DNA of 64,000 nucleotides from an uncultured Burkholderiaceae bacterium. GTDB taxonomy: Bacteria > Pseudomonadota > Gammaproteobacteria > Burkholderiales > Burkholderiaceae_F. Positions 59,019 through 64,000 of the stretch are shown in pieces (positions within the stretch are counted from its first letter, which is position 1; each line of letters opens with the position of its first letter). The stretch is taken from assembly GCA_964539745.1 (NCBI GenBank), contig CAZIJU010000001.1:47845-111844 (forward strand), in the 5' to 3' direction. Below the pieces are notes generated by a model. The model was given only the letters and a program-made list of their open reading frames with translations. It had not been told where the DNA came from and searched no databases. The translations under genes were made by a program, and so were the position numbers.

Positions 59019-59470
59019 GAGGATTCAGGATCGAGGATTCAGGATTTATTGAGACTCACGCAAGCTCGTGACACCGCGACCCCGCAAGTTCGCGTGGCCC
59101 GTCGGGACACCGGTTCCGTCATCCCGAGCACCGCGAGGGATCCCGGCATTGCAAGGGTCGGGAATCCCCGTCTTGGGCTCAGAATGACTCCCCATGGTCA
59201 TCCCGAGCGAGCGAGAGGGATCTGCGCGCTGCGAAGCGCCGAGATTCCTCGCCTTCGGCTCGGAATGACAAGAGCGGCGTTGCGGCTCGGAATGACGAAG
59301 GTCGGACGGATGGGAGCGTCATGCGGTCGGTCGTGTCACGAAGATTCGTAATGCTCGATAGCCGACCTCGCAGCGCGCCGTACCGCCCGTTTGCTCTTCG
59401 CTCGCTCGTGGGTCCTGCCTCCCGAATCCCGAGCCCTGAACGAATCCCGAATCCTGAGCCCTGAATCCTG
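59019..59470. repeat. composite repeat region: REP units bracketed by inverted AGGATTCAGG-type simple repeats
   Basis: Left end is GAGGATTCAGGATC GAGGATTCAGGATT (59019..59046). Right end is GAATCCCGAGCCCTGAAC GAATCCCGAATCCTGAGCCCTGAATCCTGA (59424..59470). The interior carries five REP units in alternating orientation (59118..59296). Confidence 0.75.
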
Positions 59471-59481
59471 ACTGCTGCCCC

Positions 59482-60942
59482 ATGAAACTCACCGACCCCG
59501 CACTCGACCGCCTTGCGACCGCCAAGCGGCTGCTGCTCGACCCGTACGATCTGGACGAAGCGAAGCTGCAACACGCGCTCGCGACGATCTTCGAGCATCG
59601 CGCCGACTACGCGGACCTGTACTTCCAGTACACGCGCAGCGAATCGTTTTCGCTCGAGGAAGGCATCGTCAAAAGCGGCAGTTTCGACATCGAGCAGGGC
59701 GTGGGCGTGCGCGCCGTCGTCGGCGATCGAACCGCATTCGCGTACTCGGACGATCTGTCGCCCGACGCGTTGATGGAGGCCGCGCGCTCCGCGCGCGCCA
59801 TCGCGCGCGCCGGCGGCGGCGCGGTCAAAATCGCATCGCGGCTGGCGCCGCGCCCGCATCCGGTGCTTTATGGCGCCACCGATCCGGTTGCATCGCTCGA
59901 CGCGGTCGCCAAGATCCGGATGCTCGAGCGCATCGAAGCCATGGCGCGGGCACGCGATGCGCGCGTCAAGCAGGTGTTGGCCACGCTCGGCGCCGAGTAC
60001 GACGTGGTGCTGATCGCGCGCAGCGACGGGCTGCTCGCCGCCGACGTGCGGCCGCTGGTCCGGTTGTCGCTGACCGTGATCGCCGAGGACGACGGTCGCC
60101 GCGAACAGGGCTTTTCCGGCGGCGGCGGTCGGGTCGATCTCGCGTACTTCACCGACGAGCGGTTGCGGCAGTACGTGCAGACCGCGGTCGACATGGCGCT
60201 CGCCAACCTGCGCGCCCGAGCCGCGCCGGCGGGCGTGATGACCGTCGTGCTCGGCCCGGGCTGGCCCGGGATCCTGCTGCACGAGGCGGTCGGGCACGGG
60301 CTCGAAGGCGACTTCAATCGCAAGGGGTCGAGCGCTTTTTGCGGCCGCATCGGCAAGCGCGTCGCGTCCAAAGGGGTCACCGTGATCGACGACGGCACGA
60401 TCCCGGAGCGGCGCGGCTCGCTCGCCATCGACGACGAAGGCAACCCGACGCAGCGCACCGTGCTGATCGAGGACGGCATTCTGCGCGGCTACATGCAGGA
60501 CTCGCTGAACGCGCGGCTGATGAAGGCCCCGCTGACAGGCAACGCGCGGCGCGAATCGTTCGCGCACCTGCCGATGCCCCGCATGACCAACACGTACATG
60601 CTCGGCGGCGGGCATGACCCGCGCGAGATCATCGCGTCGGTGAAAAACGGCATCTACGCGACCAACTTCGGCGGCGGCCAGGTCGACATCACCAACGGCA
60701 AGTTCGTCTTCAGTATGGCCGAGGCCTACCTGATCGAGAACGGCCGCGTCACCGCACCGGTCAAGGGCGCCACGCTGATCGGCAATGGTCCCGACGCGCT
60801 CACGCGCGTGACGATGATCGGCAATGACATGGCGCTCGACCCCGGCATCGGCACCTGCGGCAAGGACGGCCAGAGCGTGCCCGTCGGCGTGGGCCAACCG
60901 ACGCTGCGCATCGAGGGGCTGACGGTCGGCGGGACCGGATGA
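59482..60942 (+). CDS. tldD: metalloprotease TldD
   Basis: 486-aa ORF: ...ADYADLYFQYTRSESFSLEEGIVK...LLHEAVGHGLEGDFNRKG...GGGQVDITNGKFVF... Confidence 0.94.
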   Translation: MKLTDPALDRLATAKRLLLDPYDLDEAKLQHALATIFEHRADYADLYFQYTRSESFSLEEGIVKSGSFDIEQGVGVRAVVGDRTAFAYSDDLSPDALMEAARSARAIARAGGGAVKIASRLAPRPHPVLYGATDPVASLDAVAKIRMLERIEAMARARDARVKQVLATLGAEYDVVLIARSDGLLAADVRPLVRLSLTVIAEDDGRREQGFSGGGGRVDLAYFTDERLRQYVQTAVDMALANLRARAAPAGVMTVVLGPGWPGILLHEAVGHGLEGDFNRKGSSAFCGRIGKRVASKGVTVIDDGTIPERRGSLAIDDEGNPTQRTVLIEDGILRGYMQDSLNARLMKAPLTGNARRESFAHLPMPRMTNTYMLGGGHDPREIIASVKNGIYATNFGGGQVDITNGKFVFSMAEAYLIENGRVTAPVKGATLIGNGPDALTRVTMIGNDMALDPGIGTCGKDGQSVPVGVGQPTLRIEGLTVGGTG

Positions 60943-61032
60943 GCGGTCGGCCGCGCCCGCGCAGACGCATCATCTACTCAGTGCAAGGACAATAAGCCGC
61001 ACTGCGTACCGCAACGCGGCCGCAAGCGCCCC

Positions 61033-61647
61033 GTGAAGTTCCCGGTCAGGTTGATGCCGCCGATCGTGTGGCTGGTGCGGCTGCTGGTCGGCGCGTACCC
61101 GCGCTGGATCGGCTCGGTGCCGAGCGCGAATCAGCGCATTTACTTCGCCAATCACACGAGCCACATGGACACCGTGGTGCTGTGGTCGGCGCTGCCCGCC
61201 AGCCTGCGCGCGAACACGCGGCCGGTCGCGGCGAAGGACTACTGGGGCGGCGGCGGGCTGCGCACGCAGATCGCGCGCGACGAACTGAACGTCGTGATGG
61301 TCGACCGCGCGCGCGAGGATCCTGAGGCCGATCCGCTCGACCCGCTGCGCGACGCGCTCGAGCACGGCTTCTCGCTGATCATCTTTCCCGAGGGTACCCG
61401 CAGCGCGCAACCGCTGCCGGGACCGTTCAAGTCGGGGCTGTACCGGCTCGCCGTCGAATTCCCGCAGGTCGAGCTGATCCCCGTCTATATCGAAAACCTC
61501 CACCGCAGCATGCCGAAGGGCGCGTTGCTGCCGGTGCCGATCATCTGCACCGTGCGCTTCGGCGCGCCGATCGCGCTGCGCGAGGGCGAATCGAAGGAGC
61601 AGTTCCTCGAACGCGCGCGCGCCGCGGTGATCGCCCTGGCGCAGTAG
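61033..61647 (+). CDS. lysophospholipid acyltransferase family protein (PlsC-like)
   Basis: 204 aa with HX4D motif (ANHTSHMD) and FPEGTRS motif. Confidence 0.8.
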   Translation: MKFPVRLMPPIVWLVRLLVGAYPRWIGSVPSANQRIYFANHTSHMDTVVLWSALPASLRANTRPVAAKDYWGGGGLRTQIARDELNVVMVDRAREDPEADPLDPLRDALEHGFSLIIFPEGTRSAQPLPGPFKSGLYRLAVEFPQVELIPVYIENLHRSMPKGALLPVPIICTVRFGAPIALREGESKEQFLERARAAVIALAQ

Positions 61648-61655
61648 GAGCATCG

Positions 61656-62600
61656 ATGCCACTGACGCTGCACGAGACTTTCTTCGCGGTGCTGGGCGGA
61701 CTGGTCGTGCTGTTCGCGACCGCCACCGTGCTCGGCGGCTGGCTGCAGGCGCGCACCGCCGAGCCGGTCAAGCTCGCGTGGATCGGCCAGCTCAACGCGC
61801 GCATCCGCGCGTCGTGGACGATCGTGCTGCTGTTCGCGATCGCTTTTGCGGCGGGCGGCGGCGCGCTCGTGCTGATCTTCGCGATCGCCTCGTTCTTCGC
61901 GTTGCGCGAGTTCATCGCGCTGACGCCGACGCGGCCATCCGACCACCGGGCGCTCGTGCTCGCCTTCTATGTCGTGATCCCGCTGCAATACACGCTCGTC
62001 TACACCGGGTGGTACGGCATGTACGCGGTGCTGATCCCGGTGTACGTCTTCCTGCTGCTGCCGGTCGTGATGGCGCTCGGGCAGGACGTCGAACGCTACC
62101 TGGAGCGCGTGGCCAAGGTGCAATGGGGACTGATGATCAGCGTGTTCTGCGTCAGTCATGCGCCGGCGATCGCCGGGCTGCAGATTCCCGGCTACGAGGA
62201 CCGCAGTGCGCTACTGCTGCTGTACTTCCTGCTGGTGCTGCAGCTGTCGGAGCTGCTCGCCGTGATCGTCAGTGCGGCGATCGGCCGCACGCCGCTTCGA
62301 TCCAATCCGAACAAGAGCCGCGAAGGCGTGCTCGCCGGCGGCGCCGCCGCGACGCTGCTCGGCACGTCGCTGTGGTGGATGACTCCGTTCGCCTGGTGGC
62401 AGGCGACGCTGATGTCGGCGGCGATCGTCGTGGCGGGCTTCATGGGCGGGCTCGTGCTGGCGTCGATCAAAGGCAATCTCGGCGCACGCGAGTGGTACGA
62501 GGGCGTGCAGCTTTCGCGCGGCGTGCTCGACCGCATCGACGCCCTGTCGTTCGCCGCGCCGGTGTTCTTCCATCTGACCTGGTATTTCTTCGCGTCCTGA
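61656..62600 (+). CDS. phosphatidate cytidylyltransferase-family membrane protein, divergent (CdsA paralogue)
   Basis: 314 aa, multi-TM. The C-terminal region SIKGNLGAREWYEGVQLSRGVLDRIDA aligns to the CdsA signature, but KD and PGHGG are replaced. AGGAG SD upstream. Confidence 0.6.
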   Translation: MPLTLHETFFAVLGGLVVLFATATVLGGWLQARTAEPVKLAWIGQLNARIRASWTIVLLFAIAFAAGGGALVLIFAIASFFALREFIALTPTRPSDHRALVLAFYVVIPLQYTLVYTGWYGMYAVLIPVYVFLLLPVVMALGQDVERYLERVAKVQWGLMISVFCVSHAPAIAGLQIPGYEDRSALLLLYFLLVLQLSELLAVIVSAAIGRTPLRSNPNKSREGVLAGGAAATLLGTSLWWMTPFAWWQATLMSAAIVVAGFMGGLVLASIKGNLGAREWYEGVQLSRGVLDRIDALSFAAPVFFHLTWYFFAS

Positions 62601-62768
62601 CGCTGTTGCCGCGGAGCCACACGAGGTCCGCCGTCCGTTTGACGCCGAACAACCGCTGGCGAGGGATGTCGAAGATTCATGCGTTCGTCTACTTGGCAAG
62701 TGCCGCCATTCGCGATGCAATGTCTGCGCGTGGCGGGGTCGCCGCCGACTGCGAATGGAGCAGGACTC

Positions 62769-63488
62769 ATGCGCCGCTTTCCCGTCTCCCATCGAACGCT
62801 CCGCGCGCCCGTCGCGCTGGGCGCCTTCGCAATCGTTTTGCCCGCGATGGCCGCCGAGCCAGTGCCACCCGGCGATGAGGCCGTCGCACCGCTGTACCGG
62901 CTGGTCGATTCGGCGCCGCTGATCTACTCGCGCTGGCAGGTGCCGGCCTCCGGCCTGCGGCTGGAAGGCATCGCCTGGATCGCTCCCCGCCACGAGCTGC
63001 GGCTCACCGCCACGCCGCTCACTGGCGCCGACCGCACCGAATCACTGGACGGCGTGTCTTTCGCAACGCTGTCGAACGCGCCGACGCTGCGGCTCGACCC
63101 GTACCGCGCGACCTACCGTTACACCTTCCTCGAACAGCGCGACTGGCAGTGGAAGGTCGGCGTGACGACCAACCTGCGCACGCTGTCCGACGGACTGCGC
63201 CCGGGTCTGACGCCGGGCCAGCGCCTGCGCCTCGGCGGTCTGCCGCAGGTGCACTTCGCGGGCGAGGGCCGCCTCACCGACAAGTGGCGGCTCGCCTTCG
63301 ATGCCGACAGCCCGACCACACTGCGCGGCCGCGCGCTCGATCTCGGCGTGCGCATCAGCTATTCGCTGAGCACCAACTTTTCCCTGTACGGCGGCTATCG
63401 CCTGAGCGATCCGGCCGCCGAAGGCGACGACGCTTACGCCGGCGGGTTCGCCAACAGCGCGAACTTCGGGATGCGGTTGCGCTTCTGA
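62769..63488 (+). CDS. hypothetical outer-membrane beta-barrel protein
   Basis: Signal peptide MRRFPVSHRTLRAPVALGAFAIVLPAMA, alternating beta-strand pattern (VRISYSLSTNFSLYGGYRLSD), C-terminal ...FGMRLRF ending in Phe. Confidence 0.5.
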   Translation: MRRFPVSHRTLRAPVALGAFAIVLPAMAAEPVPPGDEAVAPLYRLVDSAPLIYSRWQVPASGLRLEGIAWIAPRHELRLTATPLTGADRTESLDGVSFATLSNAPTLRLDPYRATYRYTFLEQRDWQWKVGVTTNLRTLSDGLRPGLTPGQRLRLGGLPQVHFAGEGRLTDKWRLAFDADSPTTLRGRALDLGVRISYSLSTNFSLYGGYRLSDPAAEGDDAYAGGFANSANFGMRLRF

Positions 63489-63586
63489 CGGCGTCGGACT
63501 GCGGCGACCGCACGACTTGCCGCGATGCGACCGAATCGGCTACATTGCACCCCGTGCGCGAGTCCTGCCGACCGCGCCCGAGTCAA

Positions 63587-63667
63587 ATGACCGCTGCGCG
63601 CAGCTACTATTTTTACTTTTTCGCCTTTTTCCGGCCTCCGGCGGAAAGAGTCGATCGGCGCGCGTAG
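63587..63667 (+). CDS. putative Phe/Tyr-rich attenuation leader peptide
   Basis: MTAARSYYFYFFAFFRPPAERVDRRA has 5 Phe and 3 Tyr within 10 consecutive codons. It ends 22 nt before an intrinsic terminator and about 105 nt before the DAHP synthase ATG. Confidence 0.55.
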   Translation: MTAARSYYFYFFAFFRPPAERVDRRA

Positions 63668-63688
63668 ACACACCGGATTCGACACCCA

Positions 63689-63720
63689 CCGCCAGGCCCG
63701 AAACCTGGCGGTTTTTTTTT
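63689..63720 (+). terminator. intrinsic terminator / attenuator hairpin
   Basis: CCGCCAGG-CCCGAAA-CCTGGCGG followed by TTTTTTTTT. It lies upstream of the next gene rather than downstream of one, so it reads as an attenuator. Confidence 0.75.
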
Positions 63721-63771
63721 GCCGGGGCGGGCCCACCGACGACAGAGGCCACGATGGACGGAGCAGCAACG

Positions 63772-64000
63772 ATGAAGTACATGACCGACGATCTGCGGAT
63801 CCGGGAGATCAAGGAACTCGTGCCGCCGGCGCACCTGCTGCGCGAGTTTCCCTGCGGCGAGACCGCTTCGCGGACCGTCTTCGAGGCGCGGCAGGCGATC
63901 CATCGCATCCTGCACGGCATGGACGACCGGCTGATCGTCGTCATCGGACCGTGTTCGATCCACGATCCAAAGGCGGCGCTCGAGTATGCGCGCCGGCTCG
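63772..64000 (+). CDS. 3-deoxy-7-phosphoheptulonate (DAHP) synthase, class I (N-terminal part; runs off the window end)
   Basis: MKYMTDDLRIREIKELVPPAHLLREFPCGETASRTVFEARQAIHRILHGMDDRLIVVIGPCSIHDPKAALEYARRL is nearly collinear with the E. coli AroG N-terminus. The feedback isozyme type cannot be determined. ATG 63754 is an alternative start. Confidence 0.9.
   Translation, partial: MKYMTDDLRIREIKELVPPAHLLREFPCGETASRTVFEARQAIHRILHGMDDRLIVVIGPCSIHDPKAALEYARRL

Noticed and set aside
63754-63771. Longer DAHP synthase start (MDGAATMKY...)
   Set aside because: ATG 63772 gives an N-terminus collinear with AroG (MNYQNDDLRI versus MKYMTDDLRI). The upstream in-frame ATG cannot be excluded, but it adds six non-conserved residues.

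Overview
GC-rich chromosomal segment, roughly two-thirds G+C by eye (not computed). The gene order is typical of Betaproteobacteria (Burkholderiales-like, by inference): purM-family | perM-hda-pcnB-folK ... panB-panC-kup, queA-tgt-yajC-secD-secF, glnE | yhdP-nitrilase-tldD, aroG-type DAHP synthase. About 60 protein genes are called. Most are housekeeping and were recognised from the translated ORFs. The many long antisense or N-terminally extended ORFs in the track are high-GC artefacts. One intact tRNA-Leu(CAA) is present, preceded by an exact 36-nt copy of its own 5' half. I found no rRNA, CRISPR array, integrase, transposase or phage gene. The one accessory-looking block is an 11-gene minus-strand operon (25727..40547). 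It encodes a xanthine-dehydrogenase-family molybdenum hydroxylase, a 6-hydroxynicotinate-reductase-like protein, an ApbE-like UPF0280 protein, two DUF1185 proteins, a LIV-type ABC importer, an enamidase-like amidohydrolase and a TetR regulator. I read it as an N-heterocycle (nicotinate-type) degradation system with three components of unknown function. The operon is interrupted at three places by one REP-like repeat family (GTCATCCCGAG..CGAGGGATC), expanded into phased 21-, 30- and 36-bp tandem arrays. It also carries a fossil 5' end of its permease gene. Other points of interest are a Phe/Tyr-rich leader peptide plus terminator upstream of the DAHP synthase gene, an AT-rich perfect palindrome in the operon's promoter region, a nested-hairpin element upstream of yajC, and a 526-bp stretch with no coding signal beside a small copper-handling module. 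All family assignments come from reading the translations; no database search was possible.
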